A stretch of 64,000 bases of DNA from Vicugna vicugna (lineage: Eukaryota): NCBI GenBank assembly GCA_013265495.1, contig MU063891.1:1550001-1614000 (forward strand), written 5' to 3'. Shown here piece after piece: positions 49,196 through 62,141 of the stretch. Under the pieces are notes generated by a model. It was not told where the DNA came from. It ran no database searches and saw nothing but the letters and a program-made list of their open reading frames with translations. The position numbers and the translations under genes are program-made. How positions within the stretch are numbered: position 1 is the stretch's first letter; each line of letters begins with the position of its first letter.

Positions 49196-52100
49196 TTGTT
49201 AAAATGGAGTAAATTGATAAAAACCAGCTCATTATTAGATGAAAAGGTAAAACGGACATCATCATAGATGTTCAAGCCCTTCCATCAATTCAGGAGTTAA
49301 TTGAAAAACTCCAGAGAGGACACATGGAGCTTTTTACCCATCTCAGCGGAGCTCAGAGGAGATCAGACATGCAACTGTTGCTGCATTTCAGCCCTTAGAT
49401 TTTTGTTTATAGGCCTTCCCAAATGCCAGCCTGCTATTTTTAATTAGTCTTTAGAAGAGGTTTCTATTTATAGGCATGAGGTTATGCTTTAATCGGAGCC
49501 GAATACCACCGAAGTGCCGGGCCCCTGTGACTGATGAAGGCAGGGGGATGGGAGCAGGTGCCGGGCACCTGTCGCTCCTCCCCAGAAGGCTGGGAGGTGG
49601 TGGGCCCTGCTTCCTCGCCTTTCCTGTTGGCATGAACATAAAGCACACCGTGTTCTCAGCCCACGGCTCGGCCTAGCTGTTAAATATAACTTCTTGAATC
49701 TTTGGGGAATATAACAGGTTTTATCTGGTTGCTTGTTTCACGCCTCACAAGCTTCACCGTCGATGCCTAAGGCCGGAGTGGTCTCTTCAGGCTTGGCTCC
49801 TCGGTGGTGAGAGACTGGGGCCCGGGGAGGGCTCGGCTCGCTTCCTGTGACTGGCATGGTCAGCATCATGCAGCGGCACCAGTGCCGGGCACGGGGATTC
49901 AGCGGTGGCCAGGCTCACCCTGAGGAGGTCTGTGTTCTTCTGGAAGGACAGCTCCTAAGCAAGTGAACAGGACAGTTGCAGATAAGAGCTACAAAGGATA
50001 AGTGTTTCTAGATAGAGTTCAGGAAGGGCCATGCAGAGAAAGTGACATTCGAGCCAGGACCTAAGGGTCAGAAGGAGTTGGCCGTGCAAAGCCAAGGGCC
50101 AGTGGGTATTTCCATGTGGAGGTGACAGCAGGTGCACAGGGGTGAGCTTGGCACGTGCTGGGGTGGAAGTCAGCATACATTTTCTGTAAATGAGCAGATT
50201 TTAATGTTTCAGGCCCCGCGGTTTCTGTCACAGCTACCCATTCAGCTTTGCTGCCGTAGCTCAGAAGCTGCTGTAGACGATGTGGAAACGAGCAGGCGTG
50301 CCCGTGTTCCGGTGGAGCTGCTGATGGACCCTGAAACTTGAACTTCATGCAGTTATCGCGTCTCAGGATAATTCTTCTGTTGTTTGTTTTTAAAACTCTT
50401 CTAAAATGTCCACATGACTCCTAGCTATGGGCTGGTTTGGCCTGCCCCGTCCCCAGTCTGCTGACCCCTGCTCTGGGGCCTGCAGGGGTGGACAGGGCCC
50501 AGACCAGGAAGGGCCTGGGCCTCGCTGTGTGCCACCCCTTCCCCCCTTCCCGGGCTTCTGCGGCCCCGTCTGTCATCCGCCACACTGGCAGCTTAGCTTA
50601 CAGTGTGGTTCCCTTGACATGCCACTCAGCACCAGAAAAACAACAGGATTTTGGCCAACCAGGGTGTTTTCTAGAAACTTCATTGGTTAAGTGATTTATT
50701 GTGACACTGATTAGCAGGAATTTAGTTGACTTAACCACCTGCTTTTCAGTGACAACATTTCATGGGAGAAAGAATTATTATTTGATGGGAAAAGTCTTGA
50801 GGCTTCTGACTTCATTCTTGGTGCTTCATCTTGACCAAACAAATAAGCACTGTCCCATTTACTTGTTCTCAGGGCGTTTAAATATGTAGTAAGTAGCAGG
50901 CATTCGGAAACCGGCCGAAGATACTGGAGTGTGGCCGGGTGTGAATGGAGCATCCCCTTGGGACACGGCTCCAGAGGTGTCTTCCCAGCAAGGAGCAGTG
51001 GGGTGGTGGCCCCGCTGCGCTTTGATCAGGATGATCAGGATGCCGCCAAGGCGCTGGGACTGGTGTCACATTAGGTGTCTGTGTGGAAAGACTTCAGCCC
51101 CAGATGAGGGTGGAGGGTGGTCTTCAGTACAGAGTTGGGAGTGCTTGCGACAGTGGGGTTTATTCCTCCTGTCTGGGAGGTACAGGAAGCGCCCCCACAG
51201 TCCTCCTCAGACTGTGTTTTTCCTGGAAGCATGGGTAGAGGTCACTTCGTGAGAGGCGAGCCTGCTATTTCCGTGGCTCGCTTGGCCCCCTTGTTGCCCA
51301 GTGTGCTGGGGCCTCCTGGCAGAGCTGTATGTTCCGATGCTCTGAGAGCCGCACCTGGGCAAGAGGCCTGCGCTGCCACGGGGCAGGGCCCTCTGTTCTG
51401 TAGTCCCTCGAGCGTCTTTGCCGTCACGTCCCCTTGTCCCTGCCCACCTTCCTGCTAGATGAGTGGGTGGGCTGGTGCGGTCCCCCTGGGAAATTGATTT
51501 TAATGGTCCTCTTTGTGTAGCTCAACTTCTGTATCAGTCGTGTTGCCTCTGCGTTTCGGTTGCGCCCACGGGATGTTTGGTCTGTGGGTCAGGATTTCCG
51601 AGCGTGGCGCTCAGGGTGATGGTGGTGTTTGCCAGCTGTTCACATTTCAGGGGGACACTGGCCCCCGTTCGGCCTCCCTTGTCCTGCGTGTTCTCCATCA
51701 CGTGTGGTGCGAATACACTGGTCTGCCCTGGGGGGTGGATACCACGTGCTCAAGTCTTAAGGGAACTGTGCACAAGGACGAACGGAGTAAGCTGGGTCCA
51801 GTAACACGTGTCACCCTGGGCCACTTGGTGCCTTGCCTGCCCAGTCTCACGGCCACCATCTGAAAAGTGAGGCGCTGGAGGGGGACTTCGTGTTCCTCAG
51901 CCTGGGAAGTAACACTTACAGGAGTCGGTCACCTTTTACCTCCTGAATCAAACAGTCCTCTAGCCATGTGCTGGGCTGCTTCACCCAGGTCAGAAGATGA
52001 ACTGAAGGAAACCTAGTTTGTAGAAATGTGTTGTCTGCAGTTTCTGAGCGTGTTGGCTCAAAAGAGCCATGAAGGTTTTTAAAACATATTGGATGCCTGA

Positions 52101-53374
52101 TTCTTGAAACAAGGTGTTTTCTGAGATCCCTTTTAAAAATACTGAATTTCCTGCCCTCTTAAGCTGTGAGAATAGCCATCCCCTAGCAGTGAGGCAAGGC
52201 TCCATGCAGTCTGGCTCTGAGACCTTTTTCCCCAAGAGCCCCCTGCTGACCTCGGAGCAGCCTTATTTCTACAGATCACAGTTGAGCGCTTCAAAACCGG
52301 GGACATGTGGCGCCAAAACAGCAGAAACAGCAGCTCACTGTCCCATCTGGCTCAGATGGGAGTGGCAGGGGCTGGGGAGGTCCCCGCAGCACCACACCCT
52401 GCTCTGATGTTTCTGTTGGTAGGTTGAGCCAGAAGTTTAATTTTGTGGGGGAGGTCGTTACCAGCATCAGGTCCTCCCCTCACTGTACTTGCAGGAATAC
52501 TGCTGGTTGAAAGCGAGGGGCCTCCCGGCTTAGGTGGGGGTGGGGAAGTGCGGGGGCCATGTCTCCGTCTTCCCCTCAGTGCCACGCTCCGGTCCTTGTT
52601 CAGGGGAACCGCCCTTCCCTGTGCCCACCTCGTCTAACCCCCGCGGCCGTGCACCTGGTCCTGGCCGAGGCATCGGCTCAGCAGCAAGCCGGGCTTGGTC
52701 CCAGGTTTCCAAATGGTGGGTGACCACAGGCAAGCCGCCCACCCTCCCCGGCCCCGCTTTCCTCGTCTGCGCGGCTGTGCCTGGGCTACGCTGCTCGCTC
52801 TCGGCTTTTTTGACCACAGCCAACTGGCAGAAGGAGCTCCACAAAACCATCTTTACTCTTATACTTGCTATTATTTTCTGTTTCTTTAAAAGTGTGCGTT
52901 GTGATGCAGTAAATTTGATTTTCTGACCCACCAAAGAGTCGCAGCGCACAGTTTGGAAAATGCAGGACAGGACGAGCTCACAGTCCTCACCAGTGTTCCT
53001 GCTTCCTCCCCCTGGACTGAGGCCGAGGCTCCTTGAGTCTCCGTCTCCCTAGGTTTAAAACGGAGCCATAAGCCCCCTCTTTATGGGATTGTTAGCAGCG
53101 TGATGAGAAAATGTCTGTGAGCGTCCAGGGTTTTAGTGTAATTTCTGGTCATGTACGATTCACATTCTCCCTTTTGGTATGAAATGGGCAAGTTTTGTTA
53201 CTTAGCTCAACAGCCTTTGTATTCTCTCTTTCCTTGAATCTGTCAGGACGGGCAGGGACAGAGTAAAGAAGGGACAAGCTGCCCAGCTTAGGCACCCCGA
53301 GCATCAATGGGGTCACAGGGCTCTTGATCTGGGGGCTTGGTGGTTTTTTCTTTGGGTGGGGGTTTGCTCTAAAT

Positions 53375-53589
53375 CCAGGTTTCTCAGCCTTAGCAACACA
53401 TGTTTTGGACTGGACGGTGCTCTGTGGTGGGGGTGTCCTGTGCTTTGTAGGGTGTGTGGCATCCCCAGCCTTATCTGTGGACGCCAGTCTTCTCCCTTCC
53501 CCCACCACCCCGGTTTTGGCGATCCGAAACGTCTGCAGACACTGCCCAGTGTCTCCTGGGGGCAGAGTCATCCCGGGTAAGAACCACTG
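53375..53589. mobile_element. hAT-Charlie MER20
   Basis: ccaggtttctcagcc...ggggtgtcctgtgctttgtagg...cagacactgccca...gagaaccactg-like end. 8-bp TSD ctctaaa(t/g) at 53367-53374 and 53590-53597. Confidence 0.9.
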
Positions 53590-56500
53590 CTCTAAAGCAG
53601 CAGCTGACCACAAAAAGCAATTTTTTCATCATTAACGACATGCCCGACGGTTACAACACAGAGCGGGGTATCTAGAGCACGGTTAACTACATTTCGGGGC
53701 CACCCTGAGCCAGCTGCACTCCCTCAAGGCTCCAAAGAATGTAGCCATGGGGGAGGTGAAAACAGAATGTTTCACATGGAAGAAAAAGAAGGAATTGCCA
53801 AGTAAAGTAATAGTAGCAAGCAGACGTGAGGAAATAGGTTAGTTAAGGAAGGACAAACCTGTTTTACCACTAGTACACTAGGAAGCCACGCCAGCATCTG
53901 TCTGCACTCTTCTCTGAAAAGGACACTCTCAAGGTTGATTGCAAATGGAAAAACGTCCAGCCTTGCAGGCCTTCCCCCTCGTCACTGCCTTTCCTCTGGC
54001 CCAGGCCGGAGAGCCCTTGAAAACAGTGTAAACTGGCCACCTCCCTTGGTGGGTTTTACATACGCAGGGAGGGCGTGGATTTTAATACACTGTTAGTAGG
54101 AGAACTCAGTGTTTGTTTGAAAAGAAAATACCACTCATATTTGAAGTCCACAGGTGGAAGGCGTGATTCTCGGAGCACAGCTCTGATGCTCACCTCTGAA
54201 TCTCATTTGGGCTGAAAACATAGTTTCCGTGAATCAGGAACATCTCATGATTAACAGACCTCTGGAGAGACGCATTACAAGGGCAGAGAATGAAGGTTTA
54301 GTCAGGCAGCATGTGTTCCAAATCTAAAATTGATCCGTAGCTGTGGGTCTGCCCATCCTCAGTGCTGGAACTCCTCTGGTCACGGTGACCGTCGTCCTCT
54401 GTGCAGCGTTCTGGGTCCGTTCCTTGCTACACGGGCCCAGCACTCCCCCTTCCCCCCGGTCGCTTCTCCGTAGTAGTCTGGCTACAAAATAAGACATTTC
54501 TCTTTTGTTCTCCTCACAGAAGAGTTTAGAGAGGTTAGATGTAATCTCTTTGGGCTCCATTTCCACTTCGGGGTCTCGACAGTTTACGTTTAGTAAAATG
54601 CAGTGCGCTGAACTTGGTGCCTCATTCCCCTCTGGTCCACCTCCATGCAGAATCTAAGAAGCACAAAGGCAAGAGCCGGCCTGCTGACGTCAGGGCCTGT
54701 CGTCAGGGCCCCGCACCCCCTCAGGGCTGTGCAAGGGCACTGGGGCCCCGCCCCGTGGTGCCTCCTCCTCCCCCTTCCCTCTGGGAGGCTGGGTGGGGGC
54801 CCACGTGCCCCCAGGCCACCTCCTCGCTGCCCGGCCGTGTCAGGAGGCAGAGCCCCAGGAGGCAGGTTTTCAGATTGAACGTAAGAAAGAGACTGGCTGT
54901 GGAGGGTCAGAGTGGTGTGTGGCAGTGAGCACAGCGGTTTTCCAGGGTAGGATACAAGGGGCCAGATGGACCGGGAGCTTCCGGAAGCAGGTGGACACCT
55001 GCCGTCTCCAGCGCTGAGCCGCTTGCTTCTTCCCAGGGACGAGAGGTCTGGCTCATTGGCCCCTTGACAGGGTCAAGCTCACGTTGCAGATCAAGAGGTC
55101 AAATGTTGATGGATCTGACCTGCAAGTAGTGTGACTTCATATCCATTTGGAAAAAAGCTAAGACCGTGCTGGTGCCGGGCACAGCTGTCCTTTTGACACA
55201 GCATAGCAATTTGCTGAGTCTGGAAAGCGGGGCGGCATACGGATTGATGAAAGGGTTGGGGTGATTTTCTTCAGTTGCTTTGGGCATAATCTGCCTTTTT
55301 AAACCACATGCCTTTTATGATGTGGGAAAACACAGAGCTCTTATATAATTCTTCAGTTAATTTGTGTATGTTTTTGGTTGTATTTGGTTTATGGACATTT
55401 AATATTTCAGAACATTCCTTCAAGATCAGGAAAATACCTCGAGGTATTTCTTTTTTGGAGTTTTCTTTCTTTATCATTCAGTTCAGTGTTGAATCCTAGA
55501 ATGTTTCTGTGGAAACCTTGTCTCAAATAGTCTCCATTGCTGTACTGTGATAAAAGAATTTTTAAAAATTGATCTAAAATAACACAGAACTTTGACTTTT
55601 CAGATGAGTGTTCCTCTCTTGTTCCCGAGGCCAGGGCCTGTGTTTTATTTACCCTGAACTGTTAACGAACAGTACATTGTGGCCGGTCAGATGATCATTT
55701 AAAGAAAAAAATGAGCCACTAGTGGCATAATCTAATTTTTCTTAAGACCTTTTTTTTTACTTTTTTTAAAAAGAACTTTTAAATAAATAATCATCAGTCA
55801 TATTTAGAATTTATATCTGTAAATAAAAGAATGGGAAAGAGCATTTAAAACAGGCGAACTTTTAGGTCCAGGTTCAGCGAGACTATTGGGAAAGTCATCC
55901 TTGGCCAGCGCTGCTTCCGCGGTGCTTGGCAGCAGGTCCTGTCGTAAAGGTGTCTGAAGGTTTGAGGGGCGTTACCTACTCTTGCCGTCCCCCAGGCTGT
56001 ACGGGGTTTCTCAGAAAGATGCGGACATGCACACATTTTCTGGGTCATAGATAACACTGCCCTGATGCTCTTTTAATAGAGCCTCAGATCCAGTCACATC
56101 TCATTCATGTTCCTTCTGCCGTTAATGGTCTCACGAGTGAAATCCACGTGTGGGGTTTTACTGGTGCTTCTGGGTTCTCTGTACCTTCATCAGAAGTTCA
56201 CATGTCTTCGTGTTAGGTATACGTTTTTGTATTGGGTTTCTGTACTGAAGTCCACACCCAAAAAAGCCCCCGGCTGCCCTCCAGTTTTCTCTCACCAGTT
56301 GTAAACCGAGCTGTACTCCCGTGTACAGTGTGCCTTACGGGCCCTAAGACAGAGGGCTCGCTTTTTTTCCCTCCGGCGCCGTTCCTGCACCCTCCTTAGC
56401 CCTCCAGTTCCGCGGTCCCCGGGGCGTGGGAGCTGGGTCTCTGGCCTTCCCCGCCGTGAGCCCTGCAGGCTGCAGACGGCGTGGGCCCCGCCTGCCCGGC

Positions 56501-57002
56501 CCCACGCCCGCCCCGCAGGGAGGGCCGCGCTCCCTAGGTTCCCCGGCAGCTCGCACATCCTAGAGTGAACGCTTGTGTACCTGACGGCAAAGAGGAAACA
56601 GTTACGTTGAATTCAAATTGTTTAAAAAAAAAAAATGAAAGGACCTCCATTTACTGCAAATAACGGTATTTTGTGTGCTTGTCAGGGCATGAGATTTAAA
56701 GATGAACCAAACTTTGAGGTGGCACTAAAAAAAGGGTTTACAGCTGCTTGGTCTGCGTGTTGCTTTGCTGCAGCCTTGAACCACAGGGGTTGTGTTCCAT
56801 GGGGCAACCGATCATGCCCACCTGTGGGGAGAAGCAGGTGCCCAGGCTGAGCGTGGGAGAGCAGCCAGCCAGCTGCCCAGAGCCAGACCTGCCCCCTGGC
56901 TCCGCAGGCGGGACACCAGGTGGCTTCCTCAGGAACCCACTGCGTCCAGTCGTACCCTTCACGGAAACAGCCTTCCCCAGCTTGACTCGGGTTGTTCTCA
57001 GT

Positions 57003-58190
57003 GACAACTTTTTTGGAGAAATAATTCGTACACCATACAGGTGACCCGTTTTTAAAGTGTGCAGTGCACTGGTTTTCAGTGTCCACAGAGCTGTGCATCA
57101 CTGCGGCCAGGTGTGGAGCACACTCAGCACCCCCCAGAGAAGCCCCGTGCCCTTCAGCTGCCACTTCTCCTCCCCGGCCTCTCCCCCCCCCACCCCCAGA
57201 CCTGGGTGGCCAGACTGATCTCTGTCTGTAGATGTACTGCTCTGGGCTTCCATGTAAATGCTTTTCACTCAGCATGCTGCATTTAGGAGTCACCCCCGTT
57301 TCGGCACGTATCAGTACTTCATTCCTTTGTATCGCCAAACATTTTTGATTGTATGGATTAACCACATTTGTTTAACCATCAGTTGACAGACGTTGAGTGT
57401 TTTGGCTCTTCCAGGTAATGCTGCTGTGAACATTTGGGAACTAGGTTTTGTGTGGACTCAAGTTTTCGTTGTCTGTTGGGTCTGTCCCTAAGGAGTGGAA
57501 TTGCCGGTTCGTGTGGTACGTTTGTTTATTAACCTTTTGAGGCATTGCCAAACTTTTCCAGAGCACCATTTTTACGTCCTCACCAGCCATATACGTGGGT
57601 TCAAGTGTTTATTCATCCTTGCCAATTCTTGGGTTTTTTCCTTTTATTTTAGCCATCCTGCTGAGTGTGAAGAGGTATCTCATTGTGGTTTTGATTGGTC
57701 TCATTTCCCTCATAACTCATTATGTTGAGCATCTTTTCATGTGCTTATTGGCCATTTGTACATCTTTGGGAAAATGTCAGCTCTTTTGCTCATTTTTAAA
57801 CTGGTTTGTCTTTTAATTATTAAGTTATGACAGTTCTTTGGCAGGGGAGGTAATTAGGTTTATCTATTTATCTTAGTGGCAGTACTGGGGATTGCATGCG
57901 AAACACACACTCTAGTTCTTTGTACATTTTAGATACAAGCTTGTTACCAAGAATATGATTTGCAAAAATACTCTCTTATCTCTTGGGTTGTCTTCTCACG
58001 TTCTTGATAGTGTCCTTTGAAGCACAGAAGTTTTAATTTTGAAGACATCTAAGTCATCTATTTTTTTTTTTCGCTTGTGCTTTTGGTATCAAATCTAGGA
58101 AACCAGTCTTTAATCCAAGGTCTGGAAGATTTATGCATATGTTGTCTTCTAACAGTTTTATTGTTTTAGTTCTTACATTTAAGTCTTGGG
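57003..58190 (-). mobile_element. Old L1 (L1MA/MB-type) ORF2 end and 3'UTR, interrupted by a SINE
   Basis: Typical antisense L1 text: ggagtggaattgccgg, ttttagccatcctgctgagtgtgaagaggtatctcattgtggttttgatt, gttgagcatcttttcatgtgcttattggccatttgta, tgtcctttgaagcacagaagttttaatttt. Confidence 0.9.
57841..57913 (-). mobile_element. 5'-truncated camelid SINE nested in old L1, partial B-box deletion
   Basis: gaggtaattaggttt...agtactggggattg|catgc. TSD agttctttg at 57832-57840 and 57914-57922. Confidence 0.85.
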
Positions 58191-58499
58191 GCTTATTTTT
58201 TAAAGTCCATTTAGCTCAAGTAGGGAAGGTATTGGAAGAAATAGCCACTAAGAGGAAACAGGGAAGGAAGCGTTTGATTTTTTTTCATGGAACACGTGGT
58301 ATGGCTGGAAATCGAGCGTAGGATGCCCTGTTCAACGACTGGTGTCTTTCCCTCCGTGGACTCGGGCTTGGAGTGGCCCCTTCTCAGGGAGTCCCCTGAC
58401 CACACCCCTGGGCCGCTCTCCCGCCCTCTGTGCACCCTGTTGGCCTTCCGTGCATGTATCACTGACCGGAGTCTGTTCTCGCCGTTTTCCTGGACCTTC

Positions 58500-58590
58500 C
58501 TTAGACTTTCTCCTGAACTGTAAGCTCAAAGAGGACAGGGTCTTGTCTGTTTTATTCACCACTTTATCCGTAACACCCAATACTTACTTT
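58500..58590 (+). mobile_element. L2 3' end fragment
   Basis: gaactgtaagctcaaagaggacagggtcttgtctgttttattcacc. Confidence 0.65.
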
Positions 58591-60087
58591 CTGGAGCATG
58601 GCGTTCCTGGGATCTCCAGGTGTCCTGGGCGAGCAGTGACCGGCACCGACAGGGGAAGGTGACTGGATGGTTAGGGCCCCAGGGAGACCCCTCTGGAGAG
58701 AGCGAACCTTGCTGGCCGACCCGGCTGGCCCTCCGGAGGCGGTGTGGTCTGCCCGGGGAAGTGGGGAGGGGGCAGCGGTGATGCTTCAGAGCTTCTCCGA
58801 GGAGGTGACCTGTGGTCACTTTTATGCCAAGAGTAAAAGTCCTTTTATCAGCAAAGGTCATGTGTCGTGTGTTAATGAGATGAAGAGAGGAGGTGGCATG
58901 TGTTATTTCCTAACTAAACTCCATCCTGGAATGCTTTGCCATTCCGAGTGCTGCGTTGATAGGAAAGGAGGCCTCACTGTGCCAGATTTCAGGGTGGACT
59001 CAACGTGGGCTCCCCTGAGTTCTGCGCTTTGGAGTCAGCTGCCTTTAATAGCATCCACGTGTTAAGTGGGCTAGCATAGACATAGGAGGAGGAGAGGGTT
59101 GGGGTTTGCCTGAGGGAGCATAAAATACGTGAGGCTGGTCGTCACCTTTGACCCTCACCATCACTCCACGTGCGTGTCAAGTGTGATGATCCCGATAGCA
59201 GTTTTGGACGGTCCCTGTTCTGCACGTTGCTGCAGCTCTAGTTGTAGCCGGTTGAAACCCATTATAACCGGCTATAACCAGTTAACTTGGAGCTGAGAGC
59301 TGCAGGGACCGACTCAGGCAGGGTTAGTGAGAGCCCTTGAAAAGAGCTGAGAGCCTCCGTGCCTCTTCTGTTGTTTTAACTCAGGGCACAGGGATTTAGT
59401 AACCTGGCTTTGTGACAGCAAATCGAGTAACTTTTAATTCTCTTTAGTTTTTAAAAAAAAAAATGCATGTGAAGATCGTAGTCTTGGAGGGTGAGGAGCT
59501 ATGCGGTGAGGGAAAAGAAGTGTTTGAATCAAAGTGCAGGTGTTGGAAGTTTTGCGACAGCCACACACCCAACTGTGCCCTTGCCTCTTCTCAGGAGAAT
59601 GAACAGATGAGATGCCCTGGACCTAAGAAAACAAACACAAAACTTGTGGAAAGACGGTCTGTCCTGGAGCTGCTCTGGGGAGGCCTTTCCACCACGCCTG
59701 GGCTGCTGGACAGGCTTCCCTCCCCAGCAGTAAACCCACTTTAAAGCAAAATTGAATCTAATTTAAGGTCACAAATTGAAAAAGCAGGTTTGTTTATTCC
59801 AGTGTTAGACTTATTAACTCACAAAAGCCATGAGCCTTGGTCTTTCTGTTTACAGATACAAAATGGAACTCAGAATGAGGTTTAATGGGCTTCCCCCGAT
59901 CATATTCCCTGGACGGATTTTTTTCTTCTCTTGGGCAGTAAATTTTGAAATCAAAAGGCCTGAAGGAGCGGAGTGCTTCCTGTCATAAATAGGATGGGTG
60001 GCATTCTTCAAAGCATTTTACAGCTTCCAACTGTGCATTATAATTTCAAAGCAGCTGAAAAGGATTCTGAGTTTTTAAAAGTGGTAT

Positions 60088-60260
60088 GTTCATTCAGAAA
60101 CATTTATCAAGCACGTACTTATGTGCCAGCCATTGGTACGGGGCCTGGAGATAGTGTAGAGAGAGGTGCCCAGGGCCCTGCCTCACCGAGCTTGCATTTT
60201 GGTGCGAGTAAAGACAAACAGGCGGACAAGGAAGCAGCAGTTTGAGACAGTGCTGGGCTG
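60088..60260 (-). mobile_element. L2 fragment
   Basis: ttcattcagaaacatttatcaagcacgtacttatgtgccag...ggagatag. Confidence 0.6.
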
Positions 60261-61265
60261 GAGGCGGCGTGAGACACGGCCCTGGGAGCACGACCGATCG
60301 ACTGATGGGGGAGCACGTGGGGCTGATGAATTCTGGGCCCAAGAGGTGAGTTAAGGGACGTGGACATACCAGTAGGAGGTCATTCGACTAGACTAGGGTG
60401 TGCTGGGTGCGGGAGGGCCCCGCGGTGCCATCTGGTGTCCTTATCCCCTCTGTCAACCTGGCGCCTCGCTGCCTGCCTTTGAAAAGCTAAAGGCTGTCAA
60501 CACACTTTGAGCCTTTCTGGAACACACCTGAGATGAAACTTTCTGGCATCATCAGAGGATCGAAAGGCCAGTGGAGCTGTTGTGTGTTGACAGAAGGGAA
60601 ACCCCGCGGTCGTCGTGGGTCACACGACGCTGGTCAGCCCAGCAGTGGCAGATGGAGTCAGGGAAAACACAGAATAACATCCGTGTCGTCTGCTGCTGGT
60701 GTAAAGAGCGGAAGTGAGTTTGGCCAGGTGGCTGGAATGTCACGTCCACTGGTTGTTTATATGTGTGAAGTTACCTGTTTATAATTTTTAAACGTTCAGA
60801 AATGAAGCGAGGGTGGCAGCTCTGCACGGGGGCCACGGCGCTGTTTTGAGTGTGGCGGCGAGCGCGGGACAGACCCCTGCGGGCTTGCGGCAGCGGCACA
60901 GCTGGTGTTCTGACTCTGGCCTGGACTGTCTGATGCGCTTTGTTGATGGCACACTGGCTGCCAGACCCACGTGTAGGGGTCTTGGCCAAGTTGTTGGGCC
61001 TGAGCTGTTGTGTCTTACCCTGCGGCAGTGTTTGCGCCGTCTCCGTGACTCCTTCCCTCTCCAGACACGGGGACTCTTCTGTAAGACACTGGTTTTCAAA
61101 CTCCGCCTCTAAGGAACCCAGCCACCCCTCCCTCCCCAGGAGTTTACCCAGGAGTTTTAGGATGCTTTGTACTTGACTGAATTAAAGTAATTTTGGAACC
61201 CACTTATATTTTTCTCCCTAATCTGTCTATATATATGCCAGGGTTCCAGATAACATTTTTTAATT

Positions 61266-61365
61266 TTGGGGGGGGTAATTAGGTTTGCGTATTTATTTTT
61301 AGGGGAGGAACCAGGGATTGTGTGCTAAGCATGCGCTCTACCAGTTGAGCTATACCCTCCCCCCC
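61266..61365 (-). mobile_element. tRNA-derived camelid SINE, partial B-box deletion
   Basis: ggtaattaggttt...gggattg|tgtgctaagcatgcgctctaccagttgagctataccctcccc. Imperfect TSD ccagataacattttttaatt (61246) and ccagattactttttaatt (61366). Confidence 0.9.
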
Positions 61366-61947
61366 CCAGATTACTTTTTAATTAAAAGTTTGAAGAATAA
61401 TGTTCAAGGAAAGTTTGAAAACCTTTGGAAAATTTGTCTATTACAGAAGTAAACTGGGGGGAGCATTTTTATGTACTGTAAGAATTTTTATTTCTTTGAA
61501 GTATGAAGTAGCGTCATGGAAAACCCACTAAAATTGAAGTTTAAAAAAAAAACTTTGAGATAGAAGGTGTAAGAGAGCATTGGGAGCTGTGAAATGTTAA
61601 GGAACACGGGCTGAGCGAGGGGGACGGGGAGGAGCTGGGCGGGGGGTTCCTCTCCCTAACGCTGCACCTCCTCGGTGCTGGGCCCCCACCACGCGTGGCA
61701 CCTCGCGCTCACGCTGGGCCCCGGGCCCCAGAGGGGCTCTGTTTTTGAAGGGATGCCAGAGCAGGCTTCCTTGTGCAGAAGGAGTTCAGGCCCCGCGTTC
61801 AGGAGCACCCTCGTTTCCTGGCAGGACGAGTGGAGGCCGGCCTGAGCCAGCTCTGTGTTCTGGGGCTTCCTGCTGTTGGATGTGGGGGGTTGCACATTTC
61901 CCGGCACATCACTCTGGCTGCCTGAGGCACAGGCTTGGGTTGCAGAG

Positions 61948-62141
61948 CAGGGGACAGCAAACTGGGAGGCCCAGTCCAGCACACTGCCAGCTTTTGTAAA
62001 TAAAGTTTTATCTGAAGGCGGTTTCCCCTGCCCCTCGTCCCTCCAACCCCACCTGCATCTCGCCACACGGGGGCAGATGGGCTGAGAAGCCAGAAATGCT
62101 TATTGTCTGGCCCTTGCTGGAAAAAAATCTGCCAGCCCCTG
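61948..62141. mobile_element. hAT-Charlie MER58A-like
   Basis: caggggacagcaaact...ttttgtaaataaagtttta...tctggcccttgctggaaaaaaatctgccagcccctg, with inverted termini CAGGGG and CCCCTG. Confidence 0.8.

Noticed and set aside
54009-59343. Identical 15-mer GAGAGCCCTTGAAAA at 54009 and 59329
   Set aside because: About two such matches are expected by chance in 64 kb (about 2e9 pairs / 4^15), and the flanks do not extend the match.
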